NCBI GenBank assembly: GCA_951406725.2
Contig: OX597822.1
Span: 72,168,001-72,232,000, forward strand
DNA from: Octopus vulgaris
Taxonomy: Eukaryota
Length of the DNA stretch: 64,000 nt
Direction of reading: 5' to 3'
Both the position numbers and the translations under genes were made by a program. Each line of letters begins with the position of its first letter. The stretch's first letter is position 1. The notes beneath the pieces were generated by a model. The model saw nothing but the letters and a program-made list of their open reading frames with translations, did not search any database and was not told the origin of the DNA. This document shows positions 51,345-64,000 of the stretch, one piece after another.

Positions 51345-52460
51345 TATCCTGACCACTAGGGCACGTGGCCTCTCCCTATCTTCCTCCTTTATCCTACATG
51401 CGTAGGTTAAGAGGAGACCAGTTCACCTAGACCGTCTTTGCCATTCTCAATCACGTTTCAAACGAATTTTCTGCACTCCTCTCTCTATCCTTACATCCTT
51501 TGCCAAGTGAATCTCGGAAAAGTTGAGGTTTTGGACCAACAGGAAGGTGTCTGTCTTCAATCCTTTCAGTCTGGCTTGCGATACAACCGCTTTCGCTAAG
51601 ACAACGATACAACTAAGCACTTGGAGGCAGGGGGACGATTTTCACAATGAAGTAAGGTGATGGCAGGATCTGCCCAATATGCGTCAATAGGTGTTCGACA
51701 TAAATCTCCAAGTCAACAATGCTCGGGAATTGCTTGAGCGCGTGAAGAACAATTTTGTAGCTCTACGCGCAGGGGTGGCTGGCAGCACTTCTATGCCTGT
51801 AGAAAGTATCCCAAACTAGCACTGATTGCATTGGCAAGACAATGACTTCTGCAAACTAGCCATCGACTCTGAACCGAAAATCTTCCGGATCAGACCAGGC
51901 AGTCAACCGACACCTAGAATCTCTCCGACAACGTCGTCGCTCTTGCCCACCGCTAGCCGTATATAAGATACATCAAGTGCCGTAAATGAACTTTCTTATC
52001 TTCCATTTTAAAGGGTTACAGAATTAACACATAAAACTTCTTCCACGAAAAGATAGCTTAAACTGTGCTCTAAATGAAGGTGTAGTCAAATCCCATTTTA
52101 TGGACTCAGCCATGTTCTAAAATAAGTCGAAAGGTAAGCTACTATAAATCGGCAAGAACTTTCCGGACAACCCAATAGAATAAAATACAGAAAACTCAGT
52201 TTAAATTATCACTTTAAAATTACAGCAAATTCTGCCACCATTATGGTACTCCGTCGGTTGCGACGACGAGAGTTCCAGTTGATCCGATCAATGGAACAGC
52301 CCTCGAACGCATTGCATCGTGTTATAGCCTTTGCTTGATCCGGGACTGTAGCTCCATCAAAGAGACGGGCTGTGAAAATATCTATCTTACAAACGGCCAA
52401 TGACTGCATTGGTAGCAGACGGAGGGCCGTCACTTCCTGACGACACTCTAGGTGTTGATT
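51345..52460 (-). mobile_element. old Tx1-like LINE 3' fragment, interrupted at 51971-52301
   Basis: Reverse complement aligns with 14450-15220 of the + strand LINE (RLKGLKTDTFL vs RLKGLETNTFL; ELQSRIKQR vs KLQLWIKKR; YVEHLL vs YVERLL). Confidence 0.75.
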
Positions 52461-55083
52461 ACGATGTCGATGCCATTGCTGTTATTGTGGTTGGGGTGTT
52501 ACCAGTCAAACGTTTTCACTCTCTTGAGAGAATAAAGCTTTGGTGTTTGATGTTACTGCATGTGTAACATTTGGCCTCCTACCATTCACCACAATTCTTA
52601 TAGTAGCCTAATCTTTCAAATAAATTAGGATGAAGATCTGCAGATTTCTCAAGTTTGAAAAGCATCTGTCCCCCACCTATTTGAACCCCCATTTCTAGTA
52701 GTAGACTGGTTTTACCAGTAGACTGGCCCCAAAATTGCATATATCTCATTTTCTTTCAAAAATCATCAATTAGTAGGTGTTGTGTGTAATCTTGGTGACG
52801 CCAGTGATAAATAGTCATCGCAACATATGTAACAGGTTAGTTTCCAGTTCATGTTTAAACAATATAGGAACACAAAGAGAACACCATGGGAATAACACTG
52901 TCCCATATTCCTTCCCGTTTTCAACATGGCGCACGGAGTATGGCGCACGGCGCATGGCGCATGGTGCACAACGCACCCTTTATACGTTTGCAGTAGGGCT
53001 AGCAACTCTGTTTACGCGCCTGTAGTGAGTGGTCCTTTTTGCTAGACATAACAACCAAATGTCCTTCAAAGCACACCACACAGTCTTAAAAGCGACTCAT
53101 AAGATAATATAGTTTTCAAGAGTGCCCCCCCCCACTCTAAAAAAGACGGTATGCTCACGAATGAAGTACTTGTGATCATAAGTGTGTGTGCTTGGAAATG
53201 ACCTACGGTTAAACAGCAGCAAAAACAATAACTGTTGCAGCAACATGACTTCAACGCAGCACTATCAATATGAACAGATTTATCAATGAATCTCAATGTT
53301 AAAACGAACGTTCTTTTTAGTTTGATGTTGCCCTCGTCTGGATTTAAACTCACTAAACCATTTAATCCATCCATTCAACCATCCATTCATTCTCTCTACA
53401 ATATTTTTCGAACGCCCATTACATTTTAACATCTGACATCAAATAAAGAAATCCTTTTTTTTTTTTTTTTTCATTTTAAACTATCAGCTTTATCTCATTT
53501 AACTCCGAACATTATAAAATACCGGCAACATCACAACCCACACCTTCACCAAACAAACCAAAAACCGCCAACACTCACTAACATCACTAACATAATTACT
53601 ACCACCAATCACGGTATCACCACCACCATCAGCGGCAACTATAACATCAATATTACTGAGATCATCACCATTACCACCACCAAGAAGGAGAAAAGAATAT
53701 CAACAACAATATCAATATCTCCACCATCACCACCATTAAACCCCCACCCCCACCACTACTGGGTCCCTGACCACCACCACCACCTCTACGAACAACTAAA
53801 TGAATGAAACCACTTATCTGAAAGGTAGGTTAGTGGTTATCACAATGAAACAAAACAAAACAAGACATACAATATGGCTGCTAACGCATTAGAATTAACA
53901 TATTATCTGGTACGATAACAGTATTTTCCCATCATGTTTAAGGGAGCAAGGAAGAAGGTCTTTCCTAAAGACCTAGGTTTACTGGAAGCTGTGAGATAAC
54001 CGTACATATTCATCATCAATACTAACAAATTTATCAATGGACGATATTAAAAGATGTCTTCTTCATCAATACATCGTAGCTTTTACTATCGTTATCTTTA
54101 ATTATAATTTTCGTCTTTTTTAAAACATTTTTACTATATTTCAATATTTATGTTGTTATTGATTTTTTTTTTATTTTGTAGTTTCTGCGTGTTTCATATA
54201 TTGAATAATGAGTCTCAAGGTTAATTAACAAATTAAATATTAAAAACAACAGGAAAATAAAATTGTTAAAGTGCCTCTTGGTTATGATTTATTTCGTATT
54301 TTTTCGCCCTTTCCTTAAATTGGTCACTATCACCCGTCATGCTCTTACTCAATCTCCGACTCCCCAAACTATCTTTCTCTTTCTACTACATAATTTGCTT
54401 GACTCTCTCTCTCTCTGTCCGTTTATTTTCATTTTCTCTCTCTTCTCGTGTCACAAAATATAGCTGTACGAATGACATAAAATGGCCAATCAAGTTTTTA
54501 TTATTATATTTTTCATAAAAATAATTAAAATTTAATGACTCAGTATATTACAGTAATTAATGAGTATGATTTGGTGTTCTTTTTTTTGTTTTTGGTTGAT
54601 TAGAAACACGCGGTTAATGAGAGCAGTAGTGATAATGATAATGGTGATGATGACCCAGTAATACAAACGACGACAATGATAATGATGATGCTGATGATGA
54701 CAATAGTAATTGATTTCTTACAATTGCACAAGACGACAAATTTTGTATAATTGTTATAAACGACTTCAATACTTGGCAGATACTTATTTGTAAATCTCAG
54801 ACGATAAATGGGAATGTTGGCCTCGGCAAGATTTAAACTTAGAAATTCAAGGGACATAACTAAATACGACGTAGCTAAATATACTACTAAGAAATGATGA
54901 AGAAAGACCTACTTGTCAGAATATATAAATGATGACAGCTTATATAATTAATAAGAAAAACAGTAAATGCATAAAAGGAATGAGTTGTTTGCCTGTTCAT
55001 AGCATTTTTATAAGTTTGTCCTAAACGTTTTCAGGCATTTGTTTAATCTTTGTTTTATACGTTTTAAGTAATATAAAGCTTTT

Positions 55084-55408
55084 CTGAAAGCACGTGACTA
55101 AGTGGTTAGGGTATTCGTGTCACAAGCGTAAAGTTGCGAGTTTGATTACTGGCGGCATGTTGAGCTCTTGGGCAAGATACTTTATTTCATGTTGCTTCAG
55201 TCTATTCAGCTGGCAAAAATAAATTGTACATGCAATTCAAAACGGCCAGTCTTGTCTCATTCTGTATCATGCTGAATCTCCATGAGAACTACGTTAAGAG
55301 TACGCACGAATGTGGAGTGCTTAGCCACTTGTAAGTTAATTTCACGAGCAGGCTGTTCCTTTGATCGGGTCAAATGGAGTACTCGTCGTCGTAACCGACG
55401 GAATGCCG
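55084..55408 (+). mobile_element. SINE family C variant
   Basis: Same tail, tRNA-like head. Confidence 0.75.
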
Positions 55409-55599
55409 GTTAAAGCTTTCCTTTCATAAGTTCCAAGTTACTCTAAAGGCTGAAAAAAATTTGGAACGTGTAACATACATATATGTTGCATGATAGACAG
55501 GGCATGCAATAGGTTACACTACAGTGTCATAGTATACAGCAATACCACTGTAAATAAATTGAACGATTTAACATTGTGATGATGATAATGATAATGATA

Positions 55600-55815
55600 A
55601 TATTTTCTACTATAGGTACGAAGCCTGAAATTTTGGGGGAGGGCATAAGTCGATTACATCGACCACACTACTCAACTGGCATTTATTTTATCGACCTCGA
55701 AAGGATGAAAGGCAAAGTCAACATCGGCGAAATTTGAACTCAGAACGTAAGGGCAGACGAAATACTGTTAAGCATTTCGCCCGGCGTGCTAACAATTCCA
55801 CCAGATCACCGCCTT

Positions 55816-55859
<44 letters not shown>

Positions 55860-56810
55860 TTTCTACTACTACTACTTTTTCTACTACTACTACTTTTTCT
55901 ACTACTACTACTTTTTCTACTACTACTACTACTACAGCGACAACAACAACAATCCTTTCTACTCTAGGCACGAAGCCTGAACTTTTGGGGGAGGGTATAA
56001 GTCGATTACATCGACACCAGTACTCAACTGGTATTTATTTTATCGATCCCGAAAGGATGAAAGGCAAAGTCTCGACCTCGGCGGAACTTGAACTGAGACG
56101 GACGAAATGCCGCTAAGCATTTTCTCCGGTCTGTTGATAATTCTACCAGCTTACTGCCTTGACAACAACAACAACAACATTAATTCTTTCTAATATAAAC
56201 TCAAAGACTGAAACTTGGAGGAGGTTTTTAGTCCATGAAGCCAGTACTTGACTGTTACTATATTTTATCGACATACAAAACATGAAAAACCAAAGCTGAT
56301 CTCGGCGAGATTTGAACTCAGAATGTAAAGAGCCAGAGGAAATAACAATAGAATAATAGTAGAATGCAAATAAGGTTTTTTTTTTGTGTGGGAACATCCA
56401 GTGGAACGTTGGATGTTATAAAACTCTTTTTTCATTCTAAAAACAAAAAGAAAAAAAATTATTTGCTGAGAAAGATATAATGAATGTCTTTCATGAAAAT
56501 TTAATTTCGAATTTTTTCTGGAAACGATCCTCCAAATAAGAGAGGGAACACTTCCATCTAAGTGGTAATTATTATTGATATGTGAAATAAAGTACGCAAG
56601 CTGGCTAAATCGTTACCGCGCCTGAGAAAAAAAAATGCTTAGTGCCTATTTGTCTTTCGGCTTTACTTTCTGAGTTTAAATTTCGACGAGGCTGACTTTG
56701 CCTCTCATCCCTACGGAGTCGATAAAATAGCTACCAACTGAGCACAGACATCGATGTAGTCAACTAGCTTCTTCCCTCCAAAATTTCAAGCAGTGTACCT
56801 TCTGTAGAAA
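55600..56810. mobile_element. cluster of SINE family A copies (- 55600-55815, - 55953-56160, - 56180-56340, + 56590-56810) around a (CTA)n tract
   Basis: Core matches; (CTA)n with an 18-nt higher-order period at 55816-55935. Confidence 0.8.
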
Positions 56811-58153
56811 GAATTTGTTTTTGAAATTCTGAGGCAATCAGCCATATAGTGGCGTGTCATACTGAGCATAGGGTCCACCTATTTTAGAAATTGCAGATCT
56901 AGTCCATACTTGGCATATATATTCTGCAGTTGTCAAGCATTGCCGAATGTTCTGAGTGCTTTAGGATTTATACTATACAAGAAAGATATTAACTTTTACA
57001 GAATACTATTTTGATTAATCACTTTGATTCATATTATTATTTTCTAAATGTTAGTCCATGCTTTGGTAACATACTAAAATGCTTAATTTCCTGGCAATGA
57101 TTCATCCCAGTTCCGCTCATAAGGTATTTAGCATTCAAGAGATTTAACGTTCTATTCGTCTCTTTGCACCTTAGATGAAATACAGTAGCTTGTGTTTTGT
57201 TTTCATAGAATTCGTAATTAAGTGATTGTAGCTTATAATAATAATGTAGATTGATTAAAGCAGCACTTAGTTCTGATGTTGCTAAGCTTTTCCCTTTGGC
57301 GTGATATACATAAATAAATCATCGGCTGCGATAAAACATTTATATTGTAATAGTTAATTTGATAATTTCTACAGATGTTAAACAAGAATGGAGTCAATTA
57401 ACTATCCTAACGTACACCGTTTGTTAATTTTCGAATGCGACTCGTCTTGCTATTCAGGATTACAAAGAAATATCTATTTCCTATCCTAACACCGATGGGC
57501 CACGTGGTTTGTTTCAATCCTATGTCTTTTATTTTGTTTTTTTTTCCCAATAAGCAGTGATTAACATTATCTAAGCCGCAGTGAGATGAACAAAAACTGT
57601 TCTTGTGATTTTCGTTTGTTCAAACCCATCTTGTATATATTCAGTGAGATTTAGAAGTTGGATTATTGTTGCTTTTCCAAGAGGGAATGTGGTTTGTTCT
57701 TTAATAAGATGATGTTCAATAATGGATGAAATTCTGTTTAGAATTAATCACTGAGAAAGTTTGTGTGATAAAGGAAAGAAATCGGTCGGAACCTCTTTAT
57801 GTGTGATTGATCTTTCCCGGGTTTGAGAAGAGCGATTACTCTAGCTTTCCTTCAAATCTTAGGTATTTTATGTATGAGGAGATAGTTGTCAGGACCAAAT
57901 TGAAGTCCAACATGATTTATTCGTTGCCTTCAGGGTTGTTATTATGGCTGATAATAATTATTTATTCAACCTTGTTGCTAGAAAGAACTACGAAAGGCTT
58001 ACATTGCATTTCAACGGAGTTCGTAATAGCGGTGGTGGGAGTAGTAGTGGTGGTAGTAGTAGCAGCAGCAGTAGTAGTAGTAGTTGCATTACTGGCTGTG
58101 TGAAGTATAAAGCCGTTGACAGTGAAAGTAGTTGCAATACTTATACAACGGAA

Positions 58154-59075
58154 AGGCAGCGAGCTGGCAGAAGCGTTAGCACGCCGGGCGAAATGCTTAG
58201 CAGTATTTCGTCTGCCGTTACGTTCTGGGTTCAAATTCCGCCGAGGTCGACTTTGCCTTTCATCCTTTCGGGGTCGATAAATTAAGTACCAGCTACGCAC
58301 TGGGGTCGATGTAATCGACTTAATCCGTTTGTCTGTCCTTATTTGTCCTCTCTGTGTTTAGCCCCTTGTGGGTAGTAAAGAAATAGGTATTTCGTCTGCC
58401 GCTACGTTCTGAGTGCAAAATTCCGCCGAGGTCGATTTTGCTTTTCATCCTTTCGGGGTGGCATCCTTACGCACTGGGGTCGATATAATCGACTTGATCC
58501 TCTTGTCTGTCCTTGTTTGTCCTCCCTGTGTTTAGCCTCTTGTGGGCAGTAAAGAAATAGGCATTTCGTCTATCGCTACGTTCTGAGTTCAAATTCTGCC
58601 GAGGTCGACTTTGCCTTTTATCCTTTCGGGGTCGATTAAATAAGTACCAGTTACGCACTGGGGTCGATATAATCGACTGAATTCTTTTGTCTGTCCTTGT
58701 TTGTTCTCTCTATGTTCAGCCCCTTGTTGGCAGTAAAGAAATAAGAAGCGTTAACAAGCCGGGTGAAATGATTGGCGGTATTTCGTCTGCCGCTACGTTC
58801 TGAGTGCAAAATTCCGCCTAGGTCGACTTTACCTTTCATCCTTTCGGGGTCAATTAAATAAGTACCAGTTACGCACTGGTGTCGAAATAATCGGCTTAAT
58901 CCGTTTGTCTGTCCTTGTTTGTCCTCTCTGTGTTTAGCCCCTTGTGGGTAGTAAAGAAATAGGTATTTCGTCTGTCTTTACGTTGTGAGTTCAAATTCCG
59001 CCGAAGTCGGATTCGATCTAATCGACTGGCTCCCTCCCCCAAAATTTCGGGCCTTGTGCATAGAGTAGAATAGAA
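58154..59075 (+). mobile_element. SINE family A multimer (~5 units)
   Basis: Units of ~175-185 nt restarting after ...gtaaagaaata(g); flanked by tatacaacggaaa direct repeats (58142, 59080). Confidence 0.88.
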
Positions 59076-59093
59076 TATCTATACAACGGAAAT

Positions 59094-60041
59094 AAGGCGG
59101 CGTGCTGGCAGAATCGTTAAGAACGTCCGGCAAATTGCTTACGGCATTTGGTTAGTCTTTTTGTCCGTCTTTACGTTCTGGGTTCAAATTCCGTTGACCT
59201 CTACTTTACCTTTCATCCTTTCGTAACCGATAAAATAAATACCAGTTGAGTACGGGGGTCGTTGTAATCGACTTTCCCACTCCCCCGATTTTACTACCCT
59301 TGTGCCAAAATTTGAAATCAATATTTATACAACGGAAGCGACAGTTTCATTACCATCGCTATTACAACAGTCAGAGCTACCACCAATCATTCCTTTTAAT
59401 AAAAAATATTTGTCTGCAGACATGAAGGGGGAATAATTTAATTTTGTGAAGCACTGATTGTTTTTAAATCCACTTTTTCTGAGTCACTGAAGCTTGGATA
59501 TGAAAATAATAACAAAGATTTTTCAATACTCACACATGTACACAAAATTTATACACGCACACAAAACATACACATACACAGAGTTTCAAATCAGAAAAAT
59601 AATAATGGTTCCAAATTTCTCTACAAGAGCAGTAATTTTGCAGGACGGTATGAGTCGATTACATCGATCCCAGTGTTCAAATGGTACTTAATTTATCGAC
59701 TCCGAAAAGATGAAAGGTAAAGTCAACCTCGACGGAATTTGAACTCAGAACGCAGCGGCGGACGAAATACCACAAAGCATTTCGCCCGGCGTGCTAACGT
59801 TTCTGCCTGCTCGCCGCCTTAATTAGAAAAAGAAATAATAACAGTGATTTCAAATTTTGTCACAAGTGAAGCTTGGGAAAGAGGATTAAGTGGATTATGC
59901 ACTGGTGCTTATACAATCGCCCCCTAAAGGATAAAAGGCAGAATCGACCTCGGCGAAATTTGAACTCAAAATGTAGCAGCAGACGATGTACACTAAGCAT
60001 TTCGCCCAGCGTGCTAACGATTCTGCCAACTCGCCGCCTTA
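59094..60041. mobile_element. SINE family A copies (+ 59094-59322, - 59605-59821, - 59845-60041)
   Basis: Head and core matches. Confidence 0.8.
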
Positions 60042-60096
60042 ATTAGGAAATTAATAATAATATGATATGGTGATAACCTTACAATACTACGAACTA

Positions 60097-60346
60097 TTGG
60101 GTTGGTGCATAATTATTGCGGCGTTTCTTCAACAAATTTTATCCAACGAAAATAATAACAATATTTAACAAAAACATCTTTAAATGACGGCCTGACCGTC
60201 TGCCAAGCAAATGAGAAGTAGTAATTGAAGTAGATGGTGAATATGCTCCGGAGTAATAATTTAAATATGTTTTTGTTACATGTTGTTAATGTTTTTGTTG
60301 CATAAAATTTATTGAAAAAAGCCGCAATAATTATGCATGAACCCAA
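60097..60346. mobile_element. mariner-type MITE
   Basis: TIRs ttgggttggtgcataattattgcggc / gccgcaataattatgcatgaacccaa; TA TSD. Confidence 0.85.
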
Positions 60347-60429
60347 TAATTATTTAAGATGAAATAAAAACAAAAACGTTAAAATTTTTATCAACAATTC
60401 ATGAATGTGTAATGAAGGAGCTCATTTTG

Positions 60430-60618
60430 CAACGATGTAAGTTCATGTTCAGTTCCACTGGGCAACACCTTGGGCAAGTTTTTTTATACTATAGCTTCGG
60501 GTCAACCAATGCCTTGTTAGTGAATTTAGTAGACGGAAACTATGTGGAAGTCCGTCGTATACACATACATGCATACATATATGCATACATATATGTATTT
60601 ATCTGTGTGTATGTGTAC

Positions 60619-60663
<45 letters not shown>

Positions 60664-60830
60664 TCTTGACAACTGGTGTTGATTTGTGTAAGGCCCGTAA
60701 CTTAGAAGTTCGGCAAAAGAGCCCGATAAAATAAATATCTGATTTAACAATACTGGGATCGATTTCTTCGACTAAAGCCTTCAAAGGGGTATCCCAGTGT
60801 GGTCGCCGTCCAATGTAAAGAGGCAAAAAA
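60430..60830 (+). mobile_element. SINE family B, decayed
   Basis: caccttgggcaag..gtagacggaaac..cgtaacttagaagttcggcaaaaga. Confidence 0.75.
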
Positions 60831-61167
60831 AAAAAAATGGCTATGAGCTATAACCAATGTGTATCAGGCTTCCATTGCAAGATCTAACTATATTCATGTA
60901 CAAGTTGAACCTGTTTTTTTAAAAATTCTTTCCATTTTCGATTTTTGTACATTCTCGTCTTTTGTATTATTTCTTTTTTTTTTCTCGTTGTACGTTTTCT
61001 GAAAATCTTATTTGGCAAAATTTCATTTTACTTTGACGAAATTATTTTGTGATAGATCTCCATTGATCGATTTGTTTACGACAGAATTATACCAGAAACC
61101 ATTTTGATATGAATAAACAAAAAGACCAGAAGGCAAGCTTATATATATATATTACATATATGTATGC

Positions 61168-61242
<75 letters not shown>

Positions 61243-61519
61243 GGTAGATTGACAGATAGGTAAGTATGAATACATATAGATTGAGAGAGTACAGACAAAT
61301 AGATAGGGGCAGGCTTAGGTGATACGAATATTAATAAAAGACATATGGAAATATGAGCATATTGAGTTACAAACTGGTAAATAAGACAAATACAGATCAA
61401 TATATGCATATCTAAATGTACACATGTGCATTCATATATATGCACATAAGCATTTATACATACATAGACACACAGAGACAACTATACATATATTCATTTA
61501 TAAATGTTCATGTATGTAC

Positions 61520-61571
<52 letters not shown>

Positions 61572-61810
61572 TCACACACACATATATATCTATGTATACA
61601 TACATCTACACATACATACATAAATACATACAAACATACATACGCACACATATACATGGCTGCATCATTAGTTATCCGCATAACACATATAATGATGCGT
61701 CTATTGGCGGGAAAAATACTTGCACACAGCCATCAAATGACCTTGTCTCTTTTTGTTATTGAAAGAAAAGCATTAAGTTGTTTAACAATATATCTATCTA
61801 TTTATATATA

Positions 61811-62000
61811 TATATTATATAAAATTCGTGAGTAACGGCCGGAACAAGGCAAAATAAATTCAAACAAATCGCGAGAAAACACGCATATGAATTAATGGTG
61901 ACTTACCCTGTATTCAGTATGTCAGGGTTATGACCTCCACTTCAGGAAGGGGATTTATCTAGCATTGTTCCGGCCTTGCCCACGAATTTTATGTAATATA
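61811..62000. repeat. short element with ~50-bp inverted ends in TA-rich DNA
   Basis: ataaaattcgtgagtaacggccggaacaaggc / gcattgttccggccttgcccacgaattttat. Confidence 0.8.
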
Positions 62001-62354
62001 TTCCACACAATGCTTTATACTAACTATTCCATTATACTAACTATTCTATTACTAACTAGAGAAAAAGAGAGCGAAGGAGTAAGAGAAAGAGAAAGAGAGA
62101 AGGAGAGAGAAAGAGAAGACTATCCCCCAAGTACTTAGAGGGTTCTCTATTGATCATTAAAGGCGTAAGGTAAATGTAGAATATAAACCATGTTATTTTC
62201 CTCCCTACTGGTCCCGTACCATATTTCAGATGAAAGATTTACGCTCGAAACGTTATTTGTTTTTTGTTTCAATGTGAAACTCTATGACGTTTATTATATT
62301 TTATGTACCATGCTTCCATTGTTTTTTTGTTATATTCTCTAAATATGGACATAT

Positions 62355-62516
62355 GGCGTATGAGTGGCTGTGTGGTAAAAAGCTTACTTTCCAACAACTT
62401 GGTTCCGGATTCATTCCCACTGTGTGGTACCTTGGTCAAGTGTCTTCCATTATAGCCACACGCCGACCAAAGCCTTGTGAGTGTATTTTGTGGACAGGAA
62501 TTGTAAGAAACCCGTC

Positions 62517-62562
<46 letters not shown>

Positions 62563-62938
62563 TTGTGTGTCTGTGTTTGTTCCTCCACCCTCACTTGACA
62601 ACCGATGGTGGTGTGTTTACGTACATACAAACATACATACACATACATGCATACGCACACACATACATATGTACGTATATACATACATAAATAAATACAA
62701 ACATACATACACGCACACATACGTACATACATAAATATATACATACATACAAACGTACGTACATACAAACATACACACACACACATATACATGTACTTTT
62801 TATCTTTTAGTTGTTTCATGACTTTGAAGAGTTTTCGTCGAACAAATCGACCCCAGGACTTAATTTCCCTAAAGTTTAGTACCTATTCTGTCGATCCCTT
62901 TTGCTGAACCGCTAAGGATACATAAATATATACTTATG

Positions 62939-62971
<33 letters not shown>

Positions 62972-63130
62972 ATATATACAACGGGCTTCTTCCAGTTCCT
63001 GTCAACCAAATACAGTCATAAGGCTTTGGTCGGCCCGAGGCTATCGTAGGAGACATTTGCCACAGAGTGAGACTGAACCCGGAACCTTGTGGCTGTGAAG
63101 TAAGCTTCTTGCCACACAGCTGCACCTGTG
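62355..63130. mobile_element. inverted SINE family B pair (+ 62355-62625, - 62795-63130)
   Basis: Matches on both strands. Confidence 0.8.
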
Positions 63131-63136
63131 TCTATA

Positions 63137-64000
63137 TGAGGTTTGATCAATAGATATCCAGACTATTGATATAGTAACGAAGCTAAAGCACGCAGAGTAA
63201 AGCTGCTTGGTACAAATTGACCTTGAACTCTGTTGTGCATGCGCACTACGTTTTAACGTCCTAGCTCATTTTCCCTGTTTACAGCAGTGCTTGGAAGGAA
63301 GGTGTGTAGCGTGTGATCGTCGCGTTGACCATGACAGAGAAAGTCATCAGGGCGATACCTGCTCAGAGGCCTGCACAATGTTGCAGAAAGTGGTTGGAGA
63401 GGAGTGCATGGGCCGCACACAAGTGTTCGAGTGGTTCAGACGGTCCCATGACAGCCGAAAAAATGTCGATGGTGACGAACGTTCTGGGAAACCCTCAAAG
63501 AGCAGAACTGAGAAAAACGTCACAGATGTGCGTGCAGCTGTGAGGGGAAATCGTGAAATCACCATCTGTTAGTTGACAGGATGCGCAGATTCGCTACGGT
63601 TCAGTTCAGTTCATTATCACTAAAGGTTTAGGTATGAGACGCGTGTCTGCCTAATTTGTGCCAAAACTACTTACATCTCACCAAAAAGACACTCGGGTTT
63701 GTGTTGCACAAGATCTCCTTGATTGTGTCGAGAACGATGAAAACTTTTTGAAAACTTTGTGTAGGCCTCTGAGCAGGTATCGCCAAGCTTTTGGCAAAAT
63801 TTGATGCAGATTCTTTGCTCAACTTACTTTGTCATAGACAATGTGACGATCGTACGCTACACACCTTCCTTCCAAGCACTGCTGTAAACAGCGAAAGTGA
63901 GTTAGAACGTTAAAACCTATTAAGCATGCACAGCAGAATTCAAGGTCAATCTGTACCCAGCAGATTTACTCTCCGTGTTTTAGCTTCGTTACTATAGCAA
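63137..64000 (+). mobile_element. foldback mariner derivative with long inverted arms (runs off the window)
   Basis: HTH region MGRTQVFEWFRR..DERSGKP; 63168-63378 recurs inverted at 63757-64000. Confidence 0.88.

Noticed and set aside
58154-59075. Regularly spaced repeats as a CRISPR-like array
   Set aside because: Units are whole SINE bodies with no unique spacers; eukaryotic context and no cas genes.
60845-60925. Minus-strand 'QWKPDT' resembling a duplicate of the WKPD exon
   Set aside because: In-frame stops on both sides and no further similarity; chance match.
50491-64000. Search for the upstream 45-nt DEKNQ..WL exon
   Set aside because: No convincing match found by eye; probably beyond the window, though a short exon could have been missed.

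Overview
AT-rich, microsatellite- and transposon-dense animal genomic DNA. The SINE repertoire and (TA)n/(TATC)n/(TATG)n density suggest Octopus/coleoid cephalopod (inference). The whole window appears to lie inside one minus-strand gene, an alpha7-type nicotinic acetylcholine receptor subunit. Two coding exons are visible, 50381-50490 (110 nt) and 17191-17447 (257 nt). They splice in frame across a 32,933-nt intron; the other exons were not found. The rest is intronic and contains: a decayed Tx1/L1-type LINE; an ORF1-only 1.76-kb retroelement with a 17-bp TSD inside a SINE head; R4/Dong, RTE, CR1 and Penelope remnants; mariner, pogo and hAT MITEs; about four tRNA-type SINE families; several hammerhead-ribozyme motifs in (TA)n tracts; and many local inverted repeats. 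The most notable observation is a shared, covarying 3' stem-loop plus A(A/G)TAAAGAAA-type tail linking the Tx1-like LINE, the ORF1-only element and a multimer-forming SINE subfamily. All alignments were done by eye, and repeat boundaries are approximate unless a TSD, TIR or splice site is given.
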